A stretch of 64,000 nucleotides of DNA, from positions 174,277 to 238,276 of the forward strand of contig JAJTYI010000004.1 in NCBI GenBank assembly GCA_021463645.1, written 5' to 3'. Shown piece by piece: positions 38,211-46,600 of this stretch. The position numbers and the translations under genes were made by a program. How positions within the stretch are numbered: position 1 is the stretch's first letter; each line of letters starts with the position of its first letter. Below the pieces are notes generated by a model that was not told the DNA's origin, ran no database searches, and saw nothing but the letters and a program-made list of their open reading frames with translations. The DNA is from a bacterium (GTDB lineage Bacteria > Patescibacteriota > Dojkabacteria > B142 > OLB20).

Positions 38211-39062
38211 ATGATACAAAAAGAAAAAGAAGTAATTAAATTAGAAAATGGAAAAACAATTTCATATTCTGTTTATGGAAACGAAAATGGATTACCTATT
38301 CTGATGTGTCATGGTGTGAACGGGACTCGTATGCAGGCTATGAAATTCGCTGATACTGCAAACGAGCTCAATTTAAAATTAATCACACCAGACAGGCCTG
38401 GTTATGGCGAATCAACCGCTGTAGAGAAACGAGATTATCTAGAATGGGCTGATGAGATTTCTGAATTTCTCGACATTTTGGGAATTGAGAAACTTGGTAT
38501 TTTGGGGATCTCTGCAGGTGCTAACTATGCACTGGCATGCGTTTATAAGTACCCCAACCGATTTAGAAAGGCGGTGATGGTGAGCGCTACATCAGGAGCT
38601 TTTCTTTATCGAAAAGGTTCAGAAAAAAAACTGGCAGAGATGGTGCTTTCACATCCCAAACTTTTACATCTGTACATGGGATTTGTTGCTAAAGCGAATG
38701 GTAAAACAAAGGAATTAAAATTTAATCTTCAAAAATTTGGATTATCTGATTCCGATGTGGAATTATTTGAAAACCTAGATATTCCTGAACTCATAGATAT
38801 GAGTGAAAGAGAAGCGTACATAAATGGACCCGAAGCACCAGCCTCAGATGTCCTTAGGATGCTCAAAGATATCGATTTCGACTCAAGATCAATAAAAAAG
38901 CAAATAACTTTCTGGTACGGTGCACAAGACAAAATTGTGCCGTTAGAAACAATGGCTTTCATTGAGAAAATCGTTCCAAAATATAAGTTAGTTATCAAAT
39001 CAGAAGCAGGTCATCTACTGATTTTTCAGCATTTGAGGGAAATATTGTCGGAATTTGTTTAA
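38211..39062 (+). CDS. Alpha/beta hydrolase fold protein
   Basis: 283 aa. HGVNGT oxyanion region, nucleophile elbow GISAGA (GxSxG) and a C-terminal GH. Confidence 0.85.
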   Translation: MIQKEKEVIKLENGKTISYSVYGNENGLPILMCHGVNGTRMQAMKFADTANELNLKLITPDRPGYGESTAVEKRDYLEWADEISEFLDILGIEKLGILGISAGANYALACVYKYPNRFRKAVMVSATSGAFLYRKGSEKKLAEMVLSHPKLLHLYMGFVAKANGKTKELKFNLQKFGLSDSDVELFENLDIPELIDMSEREAYINGPEAPASDVLRMLKDIDFDSRSIKKQITFWYGAQDKIVPLETMAFIEKIVPKYKLVIKSEAGHLLIFQHLREILSEFV

Positions 39063-39079
39063 TCTCGTGTATAGCGTGG

Positions 39080-39583
39080 TTACTTTTTTAGTTTTATCTT
39101 CTTAAGCTCTTGGAGTAGCTCATCTAAATCAAGTGGTTCGGTATACATGGTGGTGTTACCTTGATTATCTTTTGGCCAGGCAGACTTCGGTCTATCCCAG
39201 TATAGTTCTACCCCAATGTTATCAGGATCTCGAAGATAAATAGCTTCTGAAACTCCGTGGTCAGAGGCTCCTTCGAGCGGATATTTATTTTCATTCAATT
39301 TCTTTACAACTTTAGCGAGTTCGTATCTTTCAGGATACAGGATTGCAAAATGATATAGACCCGCATATCCCATTGGCTGAGGTGGAATACCTTCCCCTTG
39401 CCAAGTATTTAATCCTATATGATGATGATAACCGCCTGCTGAGAGAAATACTGCAGAATCTCCAAAACGAGTGGTAATTTCAAATCCCAGAAGTTTGTTA
39501 TAAAAATCAAGTGATTTATCTATATTTGAAACAGTCAGATGAATATGTCCGATTTTAACTTTGGGGTGAATTGCCATGAACAT
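39080..39583 (-). CDS. VOC family protein (glyoxalase/bleomycin resistance/extradiol dioxygenase-like)
   Basis: 167 aa. IGHIHLTVSNIDKSLDFYNKLLGFEIT, HHHIGLN and SEAIYLRDPDNIGVELY. Confidence 0.85.
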   Translation of the reverse strand: MFMAIHPKVKIGHIHLTVSNIDKSLDFYNKLLGFEITTRFGDSAVFLSAGGYHHHIGLNTWQGEGIPPQPMGYAGLYHFAILYPERYELAKVVKKLNENKYPLEGASDHGVSEAIYLRDPDNIGVELYWDRPKSAWPKDNQGNTTMYTEPLDLDELLQELKKIKLKK

Positions 39584-39626
39584 ATACTAACACAATTGAG
39601 ACTGTTTTTTAATTTCTGATAAGAGG

Positions 39627-39866
39627 TCAATCGTTTTTCTTATTGAACAAACTCCAACCAGTCAATATTAATATTGCTAAGTACATCACAAATCCATATA
39701 CACAAGCTGGTAAATCCGCGATTGTGAATCCTTTATCCCCACAATTTACGATTGCATCAGTACAACCTGCTGGTGAGAAAAGTTCATAGTATGAAAGATA
39801 GCCAGAGAATAAAACCCCGGCAATTGCAAGCACAAGGATGACTTGTAGAGTTTTTTTGTAAGGCAT
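39627..39866 (-). CDS. Small two-TM membrane protein with extracytoplasmic Cys pair
   Basis: 79 aa. The loop CTDAIVNC lies between two TM helices. Vaguely VKOR-like, but there is no CxxC. Confidence 0.5.
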   Translation of the reverse strand: MPYKKTLQVILVLAIAGVLFSGYLSYYELFSPAGCTDAIVNCGDKGFTIADLPACVYGFVMYLAILILTGWSLFNKKND

Positions 39867-39907
39867 ATAGAAAAATGTAACAATTAAAATAGTAGTTTAT
39901 TCGTTAT

Positions 39908-39997
39908 CACCACTGAACCTCCCCTTGTCACTCCTGCGAAAGCGGGAGTCTAATGAGGATGTATAGTTTCCTGCCTCCGCAGGAAAGACAAGTGGTG
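39908..39997. other. GC-rich three-helix structured element (possible small RNA, UTR element or REP-like repeat)
   Basis: Closing helix CACCA/TGGTG plus CTTGTC/GACAAG encloses two perfect 8-bp hairpins: ACTCCTGC-GAAA-GCGGGAGT (39930-39949) and TTTCCTGC-CTCC-GCAGGAAA (39967-39986). Confidence 0.3.
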
Positions 39998-40046
39998 TTA
40001 ATACCATTCAATTGGATTATAGAACTTGTTATGAAGGATGTAAACA

Positions 40047-40742
40047 TCAGTATCTTTCAGATTCGAGTGATAATTTACCGTTATCAATATGCAAATAGAA
40101 CGAAAGGCCAAAATTTATAAAACCAACGTTAATGTATTTCTTCTCAGGCATAAATGCTGGTGAATGAGTATGGGCTGCAACTAATATTGTTTCATCAGGT
40201 AGGTTTTTTGCATAGTTTATATGAGGATTGTTGAGTTTTTTGAATAATTGAGCGTATTTACTTTCTCCCATAAGGAAAAGTAAAGATTTCTGAAGAAAAA
40301 TGTAAAATCTGTAAGACTGATTTAATTTGTTGAAGTTATTAACCAAACGATTAAATTTGATATAAGTTTCGTTTGTAATTGAGTCGTTTGCAATCAAATG
40401 TCCGTGAGTGATTAGTAAATCTGCACCTTCCTCTTTGTAGTGATATTCGTTATGAGCCTCGTCACAGAATTGAAAAATTCTGTCATCACACCATTCTTTC
40501 CTGTCATGATTTCCATAGATAAATATACATTTCTTTGATTTCATCAAAGGAAACAACCCAGTCCACTTAGATTTGAATACATCATCAAGCGACAAGCTGT
40601 AATAACTCCATAAATCCCCATTAATAATCAACTTATCACATCTGGAAATGAGATTTTCTAGGTAAGCATAACGTTTTTTGTGAAATACACCGGTTATGTG
40701 AGTGTCTGAAATTACAATGGTTTTAAGTTTTTTATCGTTCAT
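40047..40742 (-). CDS. Calcineurin-like metallophosphoesterase
   Basis: 231 aa. VISDTH, GDLW, GNHD, THGH and AAHTH motifs. Confidence 0.85.
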   Translation of the reverse strand: MNDKKLKTIVISDTHITGVFHKKRYAYLENLISRCDKLIINGDLWSYYSLSLDDVFKSKWTGLFPLMKSKKCIFIYGNHDRKEWCDDRIFQFCDEAHNEYHYKEEGADLLITHGHLIANDSITNETYIKFNRLVNNFNKLNQSYRFYIFLQKSLLFLMGESKYAQLFKKLNNPHINYAKNLPDETILVAAHTHSPAFMPEKKYINVGFINFGLSFYLHIDNGKLSLESERY

Positions 40743-41125
40743 ATTAATTCTTTAAGTAAGGGTTCTATCAAATTTGGAATTTCATCAGGTTCATTGTATT
40801 TGATTACATGGGGAGACATCGTATTAAAATATGCAGGAGGATTATAGGTTTGATTATGAATGAAAATTATAGGTATATTGTATGCATCTGCCCAACCGAT
40901 TTCAATTCCTGCGCCAGTTGAGGGGTAACTGATTTCGGCAATAAAAACTTTACTGTCATGTATCTCTTTTTTTGAATCTGGATGATAATCTCTATTGTCG
41001 GGAGGGAGGATAAATCCGTACATATCCCATAATTTGGAATTTTTTATGGGTAGGTAGAGATCGTTAACGAAATCATAACCAGACGAATGTGCTACATAGA
41101 TTTTGGGTTTCATAGTATAATCCAA
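40739..41125 (-). CDS. Nucleoside 2-deoxyribosyltransferase-fold protein (DNPH1/Rcl-like)
   Basis: 128 aa. SKVFIAEISYPSTGAGIEIGWADAYNIPIIFI matches the catalytic-Glu block of the NDT/DNPH1 family. Paralogue of 58770-59180. Confidence 0.72.
   Translation of the reverse strand: MDYTMKPKIYVAHSSGYDFVNDLYLPIKNSKLWDMYGFILPPDNRDYHPDSKKEIHDSKVFIAEISYPSTGAGIEIGWADAYNIPIIFIHNQTYNPPAYFNTMSPHVIKYNEPDEIPNLIEPLLKELI
41116..41121 (+). promoter_or_regulatory. Candidate -10 element (TATAAT)
   Basis: Perfect hexamer 27 nt upstream of the ATG at 41149. Confidence 0.3.
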
Positions 41126-41148
41126 ACATTTTAATAACCTATTGTATT

Positions 41149-41604
41149 ATGTCTTTTTATGAAATTCCAACAAATAGTAGAATGTGGCAAGTAATTGTCA
41201 ACTCTGCTAAAAATGATGCTTTGACTGCATTATATATGAGGGGAAAGATAAAAGAAGTAGAGTTATATAGAAAGCTCTGGGTTTCAGAGATGCCAGTTTG
41301 CGATGCCATTGTGGGTGGGATGTATAGTTATGGATTAGTACCTGATGGGTATCAAGTTGTAGAAACCAGAGTAAAAACAGGATTTTCATCAACATATCAT
41401 GCTTTTCTATTTAATGATTCAAGTGGTGAAATTATTGATCCAACTGCTGCACAATTCTTCAATCCAAATTTTAATTCTCCTGGTTCTGCCGTATATAGGA
41501 TGCAAAGCAAGAACCCAAATGGAGTAATTGTGCGAGCTGATTTGGGTTTAGGTATACTCGTCACCTGCATTAACGATGTGAGAGGGGTGAGGTATCTCAT
41601 TTAG
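41149..41604 (+). CDS. Hypothetical protein, possible transglutaminase-like Cys-His-Asp peptidase fold
   Basis: 151 aa. The spacing of PVCDAIVGG ... YHAFLFNDSSGEIIDPTA resembles the C...HAW.E...W..DPT core of transglutaminase-like enzymes. Weak evidence. Confidence 0.45.
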   Translation: MSFYEIPTNSRMWQVIVNSAKNDALTALYMRGKIKEVELYRKLWVSEMPVCDAIVGGMYSYGLVPDGYQVVETRVKTGFSSTYHAFLFNDSSGEIIDPTAAQFFNPNFNSPGSAVYRMQSKNPNGVIVRADLGLGILVTCINDVRGVRYLI

Positions 41605-41728
41605 TAGTAACTTCACAGGTTTGTTGCGGTTTGCGATATTCCTTTTGGTGTTAGACATACTGATCTGCGTATACTTGTCTCTGTGGAATCAGATTTTTGT
41701 TTCTCACCAAGTCGGAAAAGAATTATTT

Positions 41729-42358
41729 TCATAACTTTTTATCGTAGTGAAAAAATTTTATTCCTGCATTTTCAGCTGCGACTTTGTCCGACCTTAATGA
41801 ATCTCCTACCATTAAAATTTTTCCTTTATCAGGATTATCAAATTTCTCATTGATAATCTCGAAACCAGATACATCTGGCTTTGGATATTCAACATTATCA
41901 AGAGTGGCAATTATTTCGAATTTTTCTTTTACCCCAGATTCTTTAAGCAGATAATCTATTGTTTGATAGTTATTATTTGACCATATAGCATGTTTAAGCT
42001 CTGTATTTGATGATTTAATCAAATTAATAACTTCGTTGTTTGGCTTGGCATATTCTAATGCGCTTAATTCACGTTCTTTGAATAATTCAATTACTTTTTG
42101 AATTGAGGATTTACCGTATTTTCTGGAGTATAAATCAATTTCGGTATAGGGAAATAATTGATATATAAACTCATCCTTGTCTAGGATTAACTCTGGATCA
42201 ACGTCGTTGAAAACTGAGTACAGTCTTCCTAAAAATTCATATGAAGTTTCTCCTTTCGTCCAGTCTAGTTTATATATGACTAAATCGAAATCCCAGATAA
42301 TGAATTCTATGTTGTTTTTCTCGATATACTTTTCAAGTTTTTGTTCAGTATTTGTCAT
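41729..42358 (-). CDS. HAD superfamily hydrolase (phosphatase/nucleotidase-like)
   Basis: 209 aa. IWDFDLVIY (DxD), S/T motif II and VGDSLRSD (motif IV). Confidence 0.82.
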   Translation of the reverse strand: MTNTEQKLEKYIEKNNIEFIIWDFDLVIYKLDWTKGETSYEFLGRLYSVFNDVDPELILDKDEFIYQLFPYTEIDLYSRKYGKSSIQKVIELFKERELSALEYAKPNNEVINLIKSSNTELKHAIWSNNNYQTIDYLLKESGVKEKFEIIATLDNVEYPKPDVSGFEIINEKFDNPDKGKILMVGDSLRSDKVAAENAGIKFFHYDKKL

Positions 42359-42366
42359 ATTATTTT

Positions 42367-42831
42367 TTAGTTACTAACTCCTGAGAAAAATATTTGTCCA
42401 ATCTTCTGGCCGATCATTAACTTAATTGGGAACTTGCTTGCATTATAAATCTCGCAGGTAATCACTGAGTCGGTCAATGGGTCGACAAGTACAGAAGAGA
42501 TATTAGTGAATAAACCGATTTGGGCAAGTGAAGGTTTTCCGTCAAAGATTGCCATTGTTTCTGAATTACAGTAAATCTTTTCTTCTGTTTTTCCAATTAT
42601 AAACTCACCAGGAGATAAAGTATAAGATTTATTTTTAACTTTAATAGGAGTTAACTCTTTTTCTTTTGGTTTTCCTCCGTTGAAGTATTTTCCTTTCGGT
42701 TTAACCTGGAATAATAAAGATCCCAAATGCATTTCGTATGAAACTGACCCGAGAAATTCTCCTTTAAATGGGGTTATTCCTATTATTTCGTCTTTGATAT
42801 ATTTGATTATTTTTTTATCTGAGAAGAACAT
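42367..42831 (-). CDS. dcd: dCTP deaminase/dUTPase superfamily protein
   Basis: 154 aa. SYEMHLG, LSPGEFIIGKTEE, GKPSLAQIGLF, VDPLTDSVITCEIYN and GQKIGQIFF follow the dCTP deaminase pattern, with some divergent positions. Confidence 0.75.
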   Translation of the reverse strand: MFFSDKKIIKYIKDEIIGITPFKGEFLGSVSYEMHLGSLLFQVKPKGKYFNGGKPKEKELTPIKVKNKSYTLSPGEFIIGKTEEKIYCNSETMAIFDGKPSLAQIGLFTNISSVLVDPLTDSVITCEIYNASKFPIKLMIGQKIGQIFFSGVSN

Positions 42832-42864
42832 AATAATATGTTGTGGATTATGGTAAAAACTAAA

Positions 42865-43002
42865 TCGGAGCGATCCCGCCTATAAATAGGCGGGACGACC
42901 TCTCGCTCCCAAAGCGAGTGTTCTAGCCCCAGCCTCAACCAAAGGCTGATGTGCCTATGGCTCAATAGGCTGGTCCGCCTCTGGCGGAAACTGAACTACG
43001 CT
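42865..43002 (-). pseudogene. Degenerate tRNA-Pro copy with a 61-nt structured D-loop insertion and replaced T arm
   Basis: The minus strand matches the real tRNA-Pro at GCGTAGTTCAGT, GGCTAGAAC(A)CTCGCTTTGGGAGCGAGAGGTCG and TCGCTCCGA. The first 4 acceptor nt are missing, 42929-42989 is an inserted multi-hairpin, and the T arm is replaced by TCCCGCCT-ATTTAT-AGGCGGGA. Confidence 0.8.
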
Positions 43003-43241
43003 TGAATTTTATCGAGCAATTTACGACCTTGACCAGACTTTAGGAACTTCTCTTTATTTGTTCCACATTCTTTGCAATATTTCTGTTCGAAATAAAGCAA
43101 CTCATATGGAATATTATTTTTGGTGTATCGATTTGAGCCTTCATTGTGTTCTTTTAGTCTGTTCGTGATTGGTTTACTAGTATAACCTATGTAACGGTTT
43201 CCGTTTTTCTTACTCTTCAAAACATAAACAGAGTAACTCAT
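42996..43241 (-). CDS. GIY-YIG nuclease superfamily protein (small stand-alone, UPF0213-like)
   Basis: 81 aa. YVLKSKKNGNRYIGYT (GIY..YIG), R..EH..G core. The stop codon TAG lies inside tRNA-derived sequence (GCG-TAG-TTCAGT). Confidence 0.82.
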   Translation of the reverse strand: MSYSVYVLKSKKNGNRYIGYTSKPITNRLKEHNEGSNRYTKNNIPYELLYFEQKYCKECGTNKEKFLKSGQGRKLLDKIQA

Positions 43242-43264
43242 AGACTATCATTGTAAAAATTATA

Positions 43265-43338
43265 TCGGAGCGACTAGACTCGAACTAGCGACCTCTCGCT
43301 CCCAAAGCGAGCGTTCTAGCCAACTGAACTACGCTCCG
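43265..43338 (-). tRNA. tRNA-Pro (anticodon UGG)
   Basis: Hand-folded 74-nt cloverleaf: acceptor CGGAGCG/CGCTCCG, D arm GTTC-AGTTGGCTA-GAAC, anticodon loop TTTGGGA, T arm GCTAG-TTCGAGT-CTAGT, discriminator A. Confidence 0.9.
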
Positions 43339-43399
43339 ATATAATTTTCAAACAACAATCTAATTATCCTATTAATTATCAAGAATAATGAACTGCTTG

Positions 43400-43462
43400 C
43401 CCACGTAGCCTTAAGCGAAGGTGGGAACCTTGTCCCTGACTTGATCAGGGATACGCTCCGAT
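43400..43462. repeat. Orphan tRNA-Pro 5' fragment (leader plus first 9 nt) fused to two GC-rich hairpins
   Basis: Minus strand GAAAATTAAATCGGAGCGTA, compared with GAAAATTATATCGGAGCGTA at the real gene. Followed by hairpins TCCCTGA..TCAGGGA (43433-43451) and CCCAC..GTGGG (43400-43425). Confidence 0.75.
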
Positions 43463-43471
43463 TTAATTTTC

Positions 43472-43509
43472 AAAAAAGTGTGAGATTCGTAATCTACACA
43501 TTATTTTTT
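43472..43509. terminator. Bidirectional terminator-like hairpin between divergent tRNA-Pro and giant-protein operon
   Basis: AAAAAA-GTGT(G)AGATT-CGT-AATCTACAC-ATTATTTTTT: 9-bp stem with one bulge and U-runs on both strands. Confidence 0.45.
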
Positions 43510-43630
43510 CAGAGTAATTCTACCACATCCACATACATAATTCTTAAATATTACAAAAATTCCTAAATATTGTAGTGGTAATACTTTTGTGCTAATTTAT
43601 AGATGAAAATTAAATACATATTTCGCGTTT

Positions 43631-46600
43631 ATGAAGCTCACTCTTAACAGGCTTAGATTTTTGGTATCACTAGGTTGGATATTCCTTATTGGAATTTTTT
43701 CTGTTGTAGGAACTGATCGTGTTGGGAGTGTACTTTCTGCTACCTCTCCATGGACACAAACAGAATGGTCTGGAGGACAAACAGATGACCTGGCGATTGG
43801 AACGGTTACCACATATAAGCAGATGGAGAATTTAGTAACTACATCGGGGAATTTGACACTGGCGTTAAAGTCTCCTTGGATGAATGAGGATTGGGGTTAC
43901 CGAAAAAAGCTTGTAATTGACAACACAACCGCAAATTTAGGCATTGCTTCTGAACAGCATCTGGATTTTCCAGTATTAGTAACTTTAAACACCGATAATT
44001 TCGATTATTCTAAAGCGAATGAAGATGGGAGCGACATAAGGTTTACTGATAGCGATGCATTAACCCTTCTTGATTATCAAATTGAGACTTGGGATATCTC
44101 TGGAGATTCTTTTATTTGGGTTAAGATTCCTCAAATTGATTTAGACTCAGATACTGACAATTTCTATTTATATTATGGAAATGCCTCAGCTATAGATGCG
44201 CAGAATCCTAGCGGAGTTTGGAGCAATTCATTTGAAGGTGTTTGGTTGTTAAATGACCCAAATGATACAACTTTGGTTTTAGATAGTGCTGGTAATCCGA
44301 CTTCAGAGAATGGTACAGCGCTTGCTGGAATAACTAATGCCTCGAAGATTAAATCCGGAATAGGTGGTGCGTTACAATTTGGATCTATAACCACAGATTA
44401 TATAACTCTGGGTATGCCAGCAAATCTTGATTTCACCCCAAATGCACAAGAATTTACAATTGATGCATGGGTCAAGTTTCCAGTCAATGCATCAGGGACT
44501 TTTTTTAGCAAAGGATCGAACACAGCGGCTAATATACAGTACGAGATGTATATTGGAACCAATAGACTTTATAGTCGAGTTGGAGGTGTAGCAAGAGATT
44601 CCACAAAGATAATTGGAGATGGAGAATGGCATCATATAGTTCTTCGTAATTACAATTCATCTGGATTGAAAATTTTTCAATATGTAGATGGATTGCAGGG
44701 AGGTACGCCTATTGCATCTGGGGCAGGAGTAATAACTGATAGAGATGTGATAATAGGAGGAAGAAGAAGTTCTACTAATGCAAACATTACATCAAGTTTA
44801 TCAGCAGGAGTAGAAATGGCAATGGTTAGGGCATCTAGTGTTGCACGTACTCCAGCATGGATTGCTGCCACCTTCAAATCTGAAAGTAACAGTTTTTTTG
44901 AATTTGAGTCAGAAGAAATGAAATACGAGACAAACGGATCTGTTTTATCAAATATCTTAGATGCAGAAGTGTTGCAAGATTGGGGAGTACTAAATTATAC
45001 AAACACTGGATCATCAAGCTTAGAAGTGAAGGTGAGAAGTGGAAATGAACCAGATTTATCTGACTCGGAACAGAGTTGGAGTGAGTGTTCTACAATTTCG
45101 TCTGGATCTACATTGGGAAGTGGAGGATGTGTTACAAATAAAACAAGATATATTCAATACAAAGTTGAATTCGTTGCAACTGATGCACAGACGCCTATTT
45201 TGGAAGATATTTCTTTAGCTTTTACACTAGCTGATATTGTTCGGCCTCCTACAAATGCAACTAACATTGAGATAGCTAATTTTTCTAGTGGAGATTGGAT
45301 TAATTCGTCTCCCACAATAACTTGGGATCCAGGAGTCGACAATGATGGAGGGAGCGGAATTTTAGGTTATTGTGTTTCGGTTGATGAGTCAGAACCAGAT
45401 TCAACTCATTCACTTGATCCAGAAGCAAATGCAGGAATTCTTCAGGGTTTGGATGATGGAGTTGTATCTTCAGCTTGCCCATATATTGTTGAAGGTGAGG
45501 AATTCAACTTGTCATCAATAAATGGATTAAATTTAACTTCTGGAAAGCAATATTATTTCTCGATAAAAGCTATCGATCAAAGTGATAACATTAACAATAC
45601 TGGTGCTTTCCAAGACTTACTATCATTCAAGTTCGACAATACACCACCAACACCACCCAGCTATGTTTCAATGCCTACAAACTTTCTATCATCAAAGAGT
45701 GTTACTGTGAGTTGGCCTTCAACTGGACCTGGTAGCGCAGAAGATGTTCATTCAGGGATTGCAGGTTTACAGTATAAAATCGGAACAGATGGAACATGGT
45801 ATGGGGATTTGCATACTGGCGTAGAAGACATAAACGACATACTAGTTAATGACGGATCATATACAACAAGCCCCGATTATGATTATTCTCAATTAATTGA
45901 AGGTACTAATTTCTTCTACATCAGAGCTGTTGACAATTTAGGAAATGTAACTTCAGATCAAGATGTAACGACTGGTTTAATCAAGATTAACACTTCTGCA
46001 CCATCAAAAGTTCTAAATCTATCAGTAAATAATTCAAATAATACTGAAAATAGTTATTCTTTTGATTGGGATCAGCCCGCCACCTTCACGGGTCAAGCTA
46101 GTGGTATTAGCTATTGTTACACAATTAATACTATCCCAGATGAGAACTCCTGTACTTTTACAGAACCAGGTGTTACAGAACTTCCTTCAGATGCGTATGC
46201 AACACAACCTGGGGTGAATACACTTTATGTTGTAGCAAAAGATGAAGCGGGAAATATTAACTATGCAACTTATAGTGAAACAGGCGCAAGTATAACTTTT
46301 ACATATTCAGGTAGTGCACCTGGTATACCTACAAATACTGACATATCTGATATTTCAATAAAGTCTACGGAGAATTGGAGACTTGTAATTTCTTGGAATA
46401 GCCCAACTAATATAGGTGCTGGTGTCTCCTATTACAATATTTATCGTAAGGTGGGTGAAGCGTCTTGTCTATCCAATTTTAGTTCTTTCAGTAAAGTAGG
46501 CTCAAGTAACAGTACTTCGTATATTGATCCCGATCTTCAACCAGTTCTTTACAGTTACTGTATAAAAGCATGTGATAGTGCCAATAATTGTTCTGCAAGT

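Noticed and set aside
42367-42831. dCTP deaminase as an anti-phage nucleotide-depletion defence gene
   Set aside because: The protein is a minimal 154-aa housekeeping-size dcd/dut-fold enzyme. It lacks the extra N-terminal domains I recall for the defensive versions, and its neighbours are metabolic.
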